Shown in pieces: positions 11,901-24,700 of a stretch of 64,000 nucleotides of DNA. The stretch's first letter is position 1. Every line of letters starts with the position of its first letter. Source of the DNA: Lama guanicoe (Eukaryota); contig MU053881.1 in the NCBI GenBank assembly GCA_013239625.1, positions 15,802,373-15,866,372 on the forward strand. Direction: 5' to 3'. A model generated the notes under the pieces. The model searched no databases. It had not been told where the DNA came from and saw only the letters and a program-made list of their open reading frames with translations. A program made the translations under genes and the position numbers.

Positions 11901-14594
11901 CCCCAACTCACTTGCCATCCACAGCCTCCACCAGCCGGCACTCGATCTCCTGCTCCTGCAGCGCCCGCAGCATGCGTTCCCGCCGGTCCTGCCGCCGCTT
12001 CAGGTTGATCATGAAGACCTGCGGCCCAGAGCCTCGGTTGGACCCTCTGGGCTGGCCCCTGCCCCCATCCTCACCTCCCAGGAAAGCCCGGCCCACCTCA
12101 TCAAAGCCCATCTTGTCGGGGGTCTTGGTGGGCACCGAGATGAACTGCGAGGGCTCCACTGGTGGGTGCTTCACTGCCGGGCAGAGAGAAGCCGAGGGGT
12201 CACTGGGGTCACTGGGTGGGAGGCTCCAGCCTCTTCCCAATGTCACCTCCCCAGCCCCAGCATGGTTTCCTGTCACCCTGAGCTGCTCAGCCTGGTACTG
12301 GAGGCCCTGTCTGATCCAGCCCCACCCACAATGTCAGTGTTAGTCTCTCTCCTCCACTTCCTACTCACTCTGTCTGTCGGCCCTACTCCAGACTCACCCC
12401 ATCACCCATTCCTACCTCCAGACCTTTGCACACGCTGGACCTTTGCTGAAATACCCTTCCTTCTGCTGTCCTCCTCCTGCCTGAGTTCTTAGCTAAGTTG
12501 CCTTCTTGGGGTGGGGAGGGCAGAGAAGTCTCCTGAGCTCCCCAGGCTGAGTCAGTTAGCTCCTCTGGGCCCCCACAGCGCCTGGGCTTCCATCAAAGCC
12601 TCACCCTGCTCTCCTAACTCCCCAGCTCCCTGACCATCTCCCATGAGCTTGAATGGATACCGACTCTGTCCACTCACACTGGCTCCACAGCACCAGACAC
12701 AGAGCTAGGTACACGCTCACAGAATGAGCAAAGAAGTGACTTTCCTCGTTTATAAAATAGGCTAATAAGCACCGTTTATTTCATGAAAAGATGAAATCAC
12801 ACATTGTTATGGGTTAAATTGTGTCCTCCCCGAAAAGCTATGTTGGCGTCCTGACCCCCAGTGCCTGAGAATGTGCCTTTATTTAGAAATAGGACCTTCA
12901 CAGAGGTGATCAAATTCAAATGAGGTCAGTGTAGGGAGGGCCCTAATCAGTATGACTGGGGCCCTTATAAAAATGGGTCATTTGGATACAGAGACACACA
13001 AAGAAGGAAGACGGTGTGAAGACACACAGGGAGAAGATGGCCATGTGCCCGGAGGGACATGTCTACCAGCCAAGGTACGCCAGGAATTTCAGGGTGGTCG
13101 TGACTGCTCCCCTTTTAGATGCTGTGCACAGTGCTCAGATCATATCCCCGGGCCCTGTCTGGGCACTTCCCTGATGGCTTCCCACAGAAGGATCAGATCC
13201 ACAGGGGGCTATGACCTGGTGAGGCTCTGGGCTGTCTGCCAGGCTGGCCCAGAAAAGCCCAGCAGGACGGTGAGCGTGGCCTCCGTCTCCCCAAGAACAA
13301 AGGCCCCGTGTGAGCTAGAAGAACAGACACAGGCCCCTCTGTCTGGCAGAGGCCTGGGTGAGGCCCAGAGCCAACCTGGCCCCTTCTACCTCGCCACCTG
13401 GGCCCTCCCCAGGGACGTTGTCACTGGGGCTTTCCTCCTATCCAGGGCCCTTCACAGCTCCTGACCACCCCCTTCCCTCCTCAGGGGAGCCTGGGACCCA
13501 AGAGCAAGGCTTTGAGAGCTGAGGCCCCGGGTTCAAATCCCAGATGCCCTTTCCCTCTCTCTCTCAGTCTCTGCCTGCCCCCTTGGGGTGTGGAGGATGA
13601 AAGGACCTGCTTGTGCAGGCTGGGGGTCTTGTCACCCTTTCTTATCAGTTCTGGGAAAATGGAGCATATTAGGGTCCAGAAGGAGCAACACAGTGCAGCC
13701 TTTCCAGAGAGCCATGGCCCAGCGATTCTAAAAATGTAACTCCCCTAGACCCACCGTCGGGTGAAGAATTGAACTTGACCCAAGAGAGGTCTGGCCTAAC
13801 AGGCACATGAAAAGATGTTCAATATTGCTAATTATCAGAAAAATGAAAATCAAAATTACACTGAGGTATCACCTCACACCAGTCAGAATGGCCGTCATTA
13901 AAACATCCACAAATGATAAATGCCAGAGAGGGTGGAGTAAAGGGAACCCTCCTACACTGTTGGCGGGAATGTAATTTGGTGCAGCCACTGTGGAAAACAG
14001 TATGGAGATTCCTTAAAAAACTAAAAATAGAGTTACCCTATGATCCAGCAATCCCACTCCTGGGCATATATCCAGAGAAAACTCTAATTCAAAAAGATCC
14101 ATGCACCCCTGTGTTCACAGCAGCACCATTTACAATAGTCAAGACATGGAAGCAACCTAAATGTCCATCGACAGATGAGTGGGTAAAGATGATTGATATA
14201 TGTATACAATGGAATACTACTCAGCTATAAAAAATAATGAAATAATTTGTAGCAACATGGGTGGATCTAGAAATTAACATACTAAGTGAAGTAAGTCAGA
14301 CAGAGAAACACAAATGTCATATATCATTTATATATGTAATCTTAAAAAATGACACAAATGAACTTATTTACAAAACAGAAACAGACTCACAGATGTAGAA
14401 AACAAACTTATGGTTACCAAAGGGGAAAAGTGGGGGAGGAATAAATTAAAGAGTCTGGGATTAACAGATATACATTACTATATATAAAATAGATAAACAA
14501 CAAGGTCCTAATGTATAGCACAAGGAACTACATTCAATATCTTGTAACAATCTAAAATGAAAAAGAATATATATACATATACATACATATATAT

Positions 14595-14629
<35 letters not shown>

Positions 14630-15750
14630 AACTGAATCACTATTCTGTACATCAGAAAGTAACACAATATTGTACATCAACTAAACTTCAACTGAAAAAA
14701 AAGAGAGAGGGGGCTGGCCTTTGCTTCTAGCTCCAGGGACGTTGAAGCCCTTGGAATGTCCTACCTGGAAAGTGTCTTTGTTTATCTCAGGCCTTGGGCC
14801 ACACTGGGTATCTATGCCAGCAGTATGATTTAGAGTGGAGGTCTTGGGCTACTTGGTATCAGCTGCAAGGGCTGGAGGTGGAGGTCAGCCACGCGGCAGT
14901 CCGCTGTGTCTGCATGTGTGAGTCCCAGTGAAAACCCTGGACGCAGAGGCTCAGGGAGCATCCCTGGTTGGCAGTACACCATGTGTGTCATCACACATTG
15001 GTACTTGGAGAAGCAAGCACTTGTCCACGTGACTCCACTGGGAAGGGACAACTGGAAGCTCTTTGCTTGAAACTCTCCTGGATGCTGCCCCGTGCACCTT
15101 TTCCCTTTGATTTTAATGTGTGTCTTTTTGCTATGATAAACTGTAACTGTGAGTATAACAGCTTCCAGTGAGTTCTGAGTCCTTCTAGTAAATCATCAAA
15201 CCTGAGCATGGTCTTAGAGACCCATGATTTTGCAACTGGTGTTAAGAAGTGAGGGCAATCTTGTGGATATTTTCTAACTTTGCACCCACTGATGCAGGTC
15301 TAGAACCCTCTCACACGAGTGCCCGGGAAACTCAAGGCAATGCTGAGAAAAACAGGAAGTGCCCTCCATGCCCCACAGGAGAAGACCGGTAAAGTGACAT
15401 ATGACACAGCCAAGAGTGAATAAATCTGTGGCTGAACGTCTACGCAGAATATCATGCAGCAAGACAAGGGGACAAGCCACAGTCACACACAGCAGCACAG
15501 CGCAGACGGGGATGCTGAGCAGAAGACCCCTCACTAGAGCAGCACACTGTGCGACTCCAGGGATGTGAAGCGCAAGACAGGAATGACCCGTCAGCTGGTG
15601 GAATCAGGGCAGTGGGGGACCCCGGGGAGGGCCAGGGTCTGGCCTGTGTCTGGAGACAAGGATTTAAAAACAATCAAGACAAACAACAAGGCCCTACTGT
15701 ACAGCACAGGGAACTATATTCACTATCTTGTAATGACCTATAATGAAAAA

Positions 15751-15795
<45 letters not shown>

Positions 15796-18700
15796 AGTAA
15801 TTGAGTCACTATGCTGTACACCTGAAACTAATTGTAAATCTACAATACTTCAGTTTCAAAAATAATACACAAAAAATACAATCAGTAAGTTGCACATGCA
15901 TGACCTGTCACTACTGTGAGTGCTGAAACTCAAAGAAGAGGATAAATCCTCAGCTGGGTTTGCGGGGCTGACTGGGACAGACACCCCACGGTCGTGAGCA
16001 GGTAGGGAAGGCAGCAAGTTGCTGGATTCCCCATACGCAGAGGGCATCGCTCCAAGTTTTTCGGTAAGTTTGAGATTTCATCATATGAAAGGGTTTTGAA
16101 CGCATGAAAAATCACATGCACGGCCGGGGACCAGGAACCCACACACAGGTGGAGAGGAAAGGCGGTTTGCTCTTGGAGCATAAAGGCAGGATCTACACAG
16201 ATATCTGGAACCTCCAGACCCTCCTTCTGTCTGTGTTATGGGCTTTGCTCTGGCCCTTGAGAAACGGGAAAATACGCATGCCTGTGTGTTTGAGTTTATA
16301 ACAGCAGCATGGCTTCCTGACCAGAAATAACAACTGAAATACATGTGAAAATTTAAGTGAGGAGAAAACCACAACAGCCATGGAGAGGCTTCACAGGGTC
16401 CAGTCGCCGGTGGGAGTTGGCAACAAGCAGAAACCCACCTCTTGCGACTACGGCCTGGTGGGGTTGCCGGGCTGGGCCCGGGCATCTACATGCAACAGAC
16501 ACGTGGGTGTCATGGGCGGGTCTTCACCCTGGTGGCCTTGCAGTTTCCAACTGTCACCTCAAAAGGCCCCCAAAGCCCCCTCAAAACCAAGAGGGAAGGG
16601 TGTCATTTTATCTTCAGCCACAAGGGGGAACCATAGACAGAACCCTCTAGAAACAGAGAAGAGTGGGAAACTGAGCCCCCAGGGCAGAAGCCTGGGTCTC
16701 CAAGTTTCTCTTGTTTGTGCAGTGGGAGGGATGGCCGTGCTGCTTCACAGGCCTTCACAGGGATGTGGGTGGTCAGCCCAGGGCCAGGCCCCCACAGAAG
16801 AGGACGCTGTACCACCATCCGGTTGCTCCAGAGACCCTCACCCAGGGCAGGAGAAGCCCCCTCTTCAGACAACCTCAATGGCAGCTGAGCCCTGTGCACT
16901 CAGTCCATCTCAGGGACCATCACAGGGACAGCTGCTAGTTTAATAGTTTATGGATTTATTTGTATATGTATTAGGAAGAGATGAGCTTGCAACTTTAGTA
17001 AAAAAAAATATGTAGTTTCCTTTTTTAAATAAATGGAGGGGTGCAGGGTATAGCTCAGCGATAGAGTGCATGCTTAGCATGCACAGGGTCCTGGGTTCAA
17101 TCCCCAGTACCTCCATTTAAATAAGATAAAACAGAATAAAATGAATAGAATAGAACAGAACAGAATAGCATAAAAGTATTCAAGTAAAAAAAGTGTCCTT
17201 TTAAGCTGAATATTAAACAAACAATTGTGGGGCTGGGGTTTGGCATGGCATGGATAAGGAAATGGCCCGAAATGGCAATGTCCCAGAGGCTGCCATGCAC
17301 ATGAAGTGGCATCAGTGACACTTGAGGTCCTCCCTGCTCCCACACCCACTCTGGCTGTTGACTGGCCCCAGGGAAAAGGCCCACTCCTTAGCCCAGTGTC
17401 TGAGGCCCCTGCCCTGGCTCTGCCTACCAGCCCTGCCCGCTCACCAGCCCCACTTCTGCCCCGCTGACCTCGCCTGTCTCCTGAGTTCACAGCCCCTCCA
17501 GCCTCCTGGGTTTTGCACGTGCTGCTCCCTCTGGCTGCAATCCTCTTTCTGGTGAACTGCTATTCAGCCTACATCTTAACGCCACATCTGGAAAGCCCCT
17601 GACTTCCCCAAGCAACTGTGCACCGCTGCTTGCAAGCCAGAACTCTGTCGGAGCAGGGACAACCGTCTACCTGTTCAGGCCAGGTTTCCAGTTTCCAGCA
17701 AAGACACTGGCACCCAGCAGGCACTCAGTCACTGTTCATTGATAGATGCAAGACAGCAGGGAAAGGGAGGCGACCCAGCCCTCCCAGGGTGGAACAGGCA
17801 GACTCACCCATGACTTCCAGCTGCACGTGCATGAAGCTCTCGGCCTCGTCCTGGAGGGTGCTGTGTGCCCGCAGCGGCACCGGCAGGAAGCCGTACACCT
17901 CTTTGTTACAGACGTACATCTGGACCTCTGGGGCCAAGGAAACAACAATCGAAATTACAAACAGAGCAATAAGGAAGCAGAGGCAACCTCCAAAGAGCAG
18001 CATGAGTCTCACATCCCAGTGTGGGGCCGGAGCATAAATGGGTCCAGCTGTTCCCAACAACCGGCAGAGATCCCTCGGTGTTTCACCTGGGAACTGGAGC
18101 CAGAACAGGGGTTCACAGTGCCAGGCAGGATGATAAAAAAAAAAACTCCAGAACTGTTCACAAATGTCTGGCACTGGTACTGACTCAGTCCCTGCAGGAT
18201 TCCATGAAAAAGCAAATCTCAAAACAGCAGGTGAATGGTAGAGATGCATGTTTATCATTTACACATTACTGTATATAATAGAGACAAACAACAAGAACCT
18301 ACTGTGTAGCACAGGGAACTATATTAAATATCCTATAATAGCCTACAATGGAAAAGAATCTGAAAAAGAATATATATACATATATATATATGAATCACTT
18401 TGCTGTACATCTGGAACGAACACAACATTGTAAATCAACTATACTTCAATTAGAAGAAATTAATTTTTTTAAAGATGCACATTTATGCACAAAAAGGAGA
18501 TGCAGCTGGACAAAAAGTTAGTAACATTACCTCTGTCTGTGTGTGCCCTTTTCCGAATGGCTTCAATTTTTATGAGTGTGGATCTTTTTTCCAAGTGAAA
18601 AACTCAATGAAAGTAATTTTCATGAAAGGGCCAGCTCGTAAATATTTAGGCTTGTGGGCCAAACAGTTCTGTCTCAATGACTCAGTTCTGCCTTGGGAAT

Positions 18701-21700
18701 GTGAACATAGCCATAAATGATACTTAAATTAATAGGCGTAGCTGAGTACCAATAAAACTTCATCTACGGGCACTGAAATTTGAATTTCATGTAATTTTTA
18801 GGTATCACAAGATACTGTTCTTCTTTTCGTTTTTTTCTAACCATTTAAAACTGGGAAAACCGTTCTGTGATATTGTAACTTATTTCTCATATATATTTGG
18901 TCTTTATCCACAGTTCTTGGCTCGCAGCTCCCAAAACCCTTGGAATTTCCTAAGTGATGAGAGCTTAACGGTGCTTCTTATGTTAGTAAGGTGACTTTGG
19001 AACACACTAAAGACGGGGGTTGGTTGTCAGGAGAATCAACCAGGAGATTAGAGGGTTGAAACTTTCAGTCCCACCCCCCTGACCTCTGGGGAGGGGAGAG
19101 GGCTGAAGGCTGATCAATCACCAATGGCCAATGAGTTGATCAACTGTGCCTATGTCACGAAGCCTCCATACCCAAAAGGATGGGATTTGGAGAATTTCTG
19201 GGTTGGTAACCACGTGGAAGTGCTGGGAGCTTAACAACATGCCCACGGAGGGCACAGAAGCTCCGTACCCCTTCCCACACATCTTGCCCTGTGCATCTCT
19301 TCCTTTGGGTTGTTCCTGAGTTATATCCTTTTATAATAAACAGTCATCTAGTGAGTAAATAGGTTTCCTGAGTTCTGTGAGCTGCTCTAGCAATTTAGCA
19401 GAACCCAAGGAAGGAGTCACGGAAACTTCTGACTTATAGCCATTTGCTCAGAATCACAGATGAGAACCTGGACCTGTGACCGGCATCAGCATCTGAAGTT
19501 GGGAGGAGGGGGCAGTTTTGTAAGACTGAGCCTTTAATCTGTGGAATCTGATGCTATCTCCTAGTAGATAAGAGTCAGAACGGAGTTAGAATTGAGGCGA
19601 ATTCTCAGATACCCTGCTGGTGTCTGAGAATTGCTTCCCGATATGGGGAACACCCTCCCCCACCCCCAACCTGCCAAGAACACAGAGACAGGAACTGGGT
19701 CCAGGAACCCAAAAGACATTCTTAGCTCATGGCCGTATGAAAACAGATGGTGAGCCAGATTTGGCCCATAGGCCATAGTTTGTTGACCTGTGGTTTAAAA
19801 TAAATGACAGTTCAATAAATGGCTATTATTTTCTTTCTCTTTAAAGTTTTTTCCCTCTAATTATACAATTAGGAAACAATTATGCTCAACTACAGATAAT
19901 TGGGAGAATACAGGAAAATATCATAATGGAAATAACCTTCAATAAGTAGATCTTAAAGACCTGGGGAGTGAAGCCACCCAGCAAAGCCACAGCTGGAGAG
20001 AGAATGGGTCCTGGGGACATCATTTGAACACCTGGATACAGCTACACCTGAAGTCATCCCTGCAGCCTGCAGTTCTGGTTCTATGAAGTTTGTGTGGGCC
20101 CAGCACTGGTCCCAAACAACCAGACAGACATCCCGTGATGGCAAATCCCGTGGGCTCACCTGCCTGTTTGCAGGAGAAGGCAAAAACAATGATGTCGTCG
20201 AAGGACCAGGTGTAGTCGGGATGGGGAGGGTAGAATGCCAAGTTCCTGGATGCCGCCTTCCGCAGGTCAATTAGGAAGGTCGAGTGCACCATGGGAACTG
20301 CAAAGCAGCCCCGGCGGTCCCGCTTGCGGATGGGGATGTAGGCGGGCGTGCGCTTGTAGTAGCCCTGTGGGGAGAGGGGCGGAGTTCTGCATGGGGGTTC
20401 CCAAAAGTGAAGCTGGAGGCCCGGGTCAATGGGAGGCATGGAACACCTGGGGAGTAAGGCCTGAGTGCCAGCTTCTGGGTGCAGTGGGCATTCACTGAGC
20501 ACAGGGCTCTGGGCAAGGCCAGTCTCCTACCCTAGAGCCTCAGTCGCTGGGCAATGGCAGAGAAACACAGGGAAAGTTACTCGCAGACCCAGCTCAACAC
20601 TTCTGATCAGAAAGGCAGCATTTGAGAAAAGAAATTAAAAAGCTGAAAAAGGGACTGGACATTTGAGATTTTTTGATTTTAAAAATTAAACATCAGAAGC
20701 GTGACTTCCAATAAGTGGGGGGGGGGTCTTTTAGAAGATAGGTTTTAAAAGCTTCTGGAACAATCTAGAGTTGTCCTCTCTCTTTCTCATAGCCTTTACA
20801 AATTGGAATTGTTAGCATATAAGATGACAAAACTGAAAATATAGAAACCACTGAATTATTCACTTTAAAATGGTGAATTTTATATTTTGTGAATTACACA
20901 TCAATTCAAAACAAAAAGATAAGAAGAGACAGATTGGGTCAACGTCCAGGCTCTAGCCACCCAGCCCCCTTCCCCTGGCACAGCCCTGCTCCAGCACCCA
21001 CCCGTCACTCCCCTTGGCTTTGCCTGCAACCCCACCCTCAACCCTGGGGTGGGATAATCAGAGCCTGGCATTTTCCTGGCTTCAATAATTGGTTCAGGAG
21101 TAGGAGGAGACTGGACAAGGCTCAATCAGAGTGGACTTTGGCTGAATGCTACTGGAATCATTCCCCAGGAGTCTGAAAGTGAAGCCTTCCAAGGCATAGA
21201 AGAGGAATGTTGTTTGCACATCTGCCTGAAGCCATGTCTGAAGCTCTGTCCTGGTACCACCACCCCTAGCTATGTTTGCTTAGGGAAGTCCCCTCCTCTC
21301 TTTGTGTTTCTGCCTCAGTAACAGGGGTGAAGATGGGAGGGATTAGGAAGGAAGAGCACACAATGGAGATCCCATCTCGAAGGGCTCTTTAAGGATTAGC
21401 ACAATGGTGTTTATTTAATGTTCACAAGGAGGCAGTGAGATGAGAAGTTAGACTCCAGCCCCAGCCCTTACCTGCTCGGCTCAGCCCCCACCACCCTCAG
21501 GCCCCTGCCCTACCCTGGCAGCCCCCTGACCTGGGAAGTCATCCCACACCAGAAGTTGGAGTACGCAGCCCGGGAATCCAGCATGGGGGCCACCACCGTC
21601 TTGTTTTCAGCGATGAGCAGGGTCAGCATGTCAGGGTTGAGGATCAGGTTGTCCGCGTCTACAAACTGCAAAACACCCAACACACGGTCAGCATGGGCCA

Positions 21701-24700
21701 CCACCGGAGTAACCCGGGCTAGGCCACAGCTTGGAACAGCTGGGGCAGAGGCAAGAGTCCTGGGGCTCTGGGGAACCTGGAATAGCACCTGCGGCCCAGG
21801 ATGCCACCTGGCTCCTCAACGGACAGCTCTCCCCTTAGTAACCGGCGGGGTTACATTCACACAATGAAATACACTGCATGGCAAGAAAAGGGATGGACCA
21901 CACAACATGAAGCAATACATGTGGGTTCCTCAATCCCACAGACACAGCGCTGGTGAGGCATCAGAAATGACACCAGACGCACCATGTGAGGCTCCATTTG
22001 TGGGAACTTTTAAGACGGGCAGTGCTGGTTGAGTGAGGAGGATGGCTGGGGCGGAATCTACCTCTGCGGGGAGGGACCAGGAGGAACACACCTTTTCCTA
22101 TGTGAGTTAACTGCCAATAAAAATTCATAAAGATGGGGTCTTTAATAAGGCTTTTTTTCCCTCTCTCTCTTTAATACCTTGAATGTTAGGGTTGAAAAAA
22201 AATAACTTGTTTGCTGCAGCCTGGAAAGAAATTCCCCAACCCATGAACCAGGTCATCATGGTGGGAGATGCCTGCTGGTCCCTTCAAACTGTGTGTCACC
22301 AACACCTTCTAGAAAGGCCACCCCAGGATATTCACAGCTGGGCTATTCATCATACAAATGAGGAATGACCCTGGAATCTAGCAGTGGAGAATCAGCCAGA
22401 GAAATTCTCGCCCTGCCCTGCTGCAGGATGAGCCGCAACAACTGAAAATCGTGCCACAGCAAACCACTAGGTAAGGATGTTCCTGTCCACCGGGATGTGA
22501 AAACATGTGGGGCAAGATATATCACAGAACTATCAGGAGGCGGGTTCTTTTTTCTTTAATGTGCCTGGCCCATAGATAGGCTTTCTGCTATCCATGCAGG
22601 GTTTTGAGAAACGTTTGAATCACTTGCCATAAACAATAGCAAAAGCTAGAATTCCAGCCTTCTCCAGGGGAATGGCTTTCTCATCCGGCAAGCCCCAGCT
22701 GGAAGTGGGAGGTGGCTGCCCCTTGGGACAAGCCCTGCAGTCATGTTATGATCCCGCCCTGTCCCTGTGGATACTTAAATTTGCGACCTAGGAATATACA
22801 TGCAGTGAAAACAGCCAGAACAGGCTGGCAGTTCTTCAGAAAGTGAAACATTGAATTACAGCAATTCCACCCCAGTTACCGACCACGAGAACTGGAATCA
22901 GAGACTTGAACAGATACGTGACCATCATGTTTAAAGCAGCATTATCCACAGAAGCCAAGTGGTGGAAACAACCTAAGTGGCCACCAACAGATGAGTGGAA
23001 AAACAAAATGTAGGTCCAACCACACAATGGAGTACTATTCAGCCATAAAGAGGAGTGGCACCCTGACACACGCTATTACACAGATGAACTCTGAAAACGT
23101 CAGGCTGAGTGAAAGAAGTCAGACCACACAGTGTATGATCCTGTTTAGGTAAAAAGTCCAGAATAGGCAAATCCACAGGAAAAGAAAGCAGACTGGTGGT
23201 TGTCAGGGGTTGGGGAGGGGAACAGGGAGTCACTGCTCATGGGCACTGGGTGTCCTTTCGGGCTGATGGAAATTAGTTTTGGAACCAGATAGAAATGGTT
23301 GCAAAACACAATGAACACACTAAGTGCCGCTGAACTGTACACTTTGAAACGGCTAATTTTATGTTATGTGAGTTGTACCTCAATTAAAAAGCACAGCCAA
23401 AGCCTGAGTCTCTCTGAGAGGTAAGATTACAAGGTTTGGGTCGTTTTCTATTTTTTTTCCCTTTTCTAAGCTTCTTATTGTTTCTCATCTATTTTCTTAC
23501 AAGTAACATCCACTGCGTTCATAAAAAGAGAAAAAAAGAGGTCTTCTTAATCATAATTTTAAAACACCAGACAATTTCGCATTCCAATATGGATTTCCAA
23601 AGTCCCCGGTTACAAAAATAGATCAGTGTGTCAAAAGCTGCTTTGAGTTGTGAACCAAACCCTTGAGTTCCACCCAGGTTTGCTGAGGGAAGACAGTGAA
23701 AACCAGCTAATCTCCAACCATGAAAGCAAAACCCAAGGGGGCAGACAAGGTGGCCCCGGGCCAGATGGTTCTGGGAGGTTCTAGTCCCACCTCTGTGCTT
23801 CACTGGTTCTGAGTTCCACCCAACAGGTTGTCAGTTTCCTCTTTAAGTCTCCACTTTACCATCTAGAAAACGCTCTGAGAAGGCACCAACTCACAGGGTT
23901 CCCAGGAGGAGCCTGTTCCATCCTTCCTCCTCCCAGGAAATGGCTCTGTCCTCCCCAGAGGGCTCAGGCCAGGGTATGAGGTCCTTCTGGTACACACATA
24001 CAGCAGGGCCTGTCCTCTTGGCCTCAGAATGCATCTGGAACCCACAGCTCCAACCAGACTCCCACCCTGGCCTCCTGCTGCCCCTGACAGGCCCTGCGCC
24101 CCACAGCAGCAACAGGAGCTTCTGAAAATCCAGAATCAGAACCGAGTCCTTCCTGGCTCACACACCCTCCATGGCTCCCCATTACCCTCGGAGTAAAAGC
24201 CACATCCCTCCCTCGGCCTGCGGAGTCTGGTCCCCACCCACCACTTCAGCATCTCCCCCTCCATCGCTCCACTCTGGCTATGCTGGCCTCCTCGCTAGTC
24301 CTTGAATGCCCCAAGCTGGCTCCCTGATCTTTTCCCTCTGCCTCTGACACTGGTCCCCAGCCCCTAGTAAGGCTAGCTCCTTCGCTCCTTCCGATCTCTG
24401 CTAGGGCCTCCTCCTAAGGGCAGCCCCGACCCTGGCTCACTCGTTCCCTTTCCCTGGTGATGCCATCTGTTGTGGGCTGAATGGTAGCCCTGCCCACAAA
24501 AGACATGTTGAAATCCTAACCCCTCGTGCCTGTGACTGACCTTATTTGGAAATAGGGTCTTTACTGATGTAATTAAGATGTAAATTAACCCGGAGTCACA
24601 CTAGATTAGGGCAGGCCCTATATCCAACAACTGATGATCTTATAAGGAGAAGCGACAATGACAACCGGACCACAAAGGCAGAGGTGGCAGGCTTTCGACC

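Noticed and set aside
11617..12492. 291-aa and 239-aa plus-strand ORFs
   Set aside because: Antisense shadows of GC-rich COLGALT1 exons 7-9; low-complexity Pro-rich translation with no recognisable domain.
13913..14230. ORF resembling a reverse transcriptase C-terminus (also 48463-48810, 56012-56698)
   Set aside because: Truncated, decayed L1 ORF2 fragments, not host genes.
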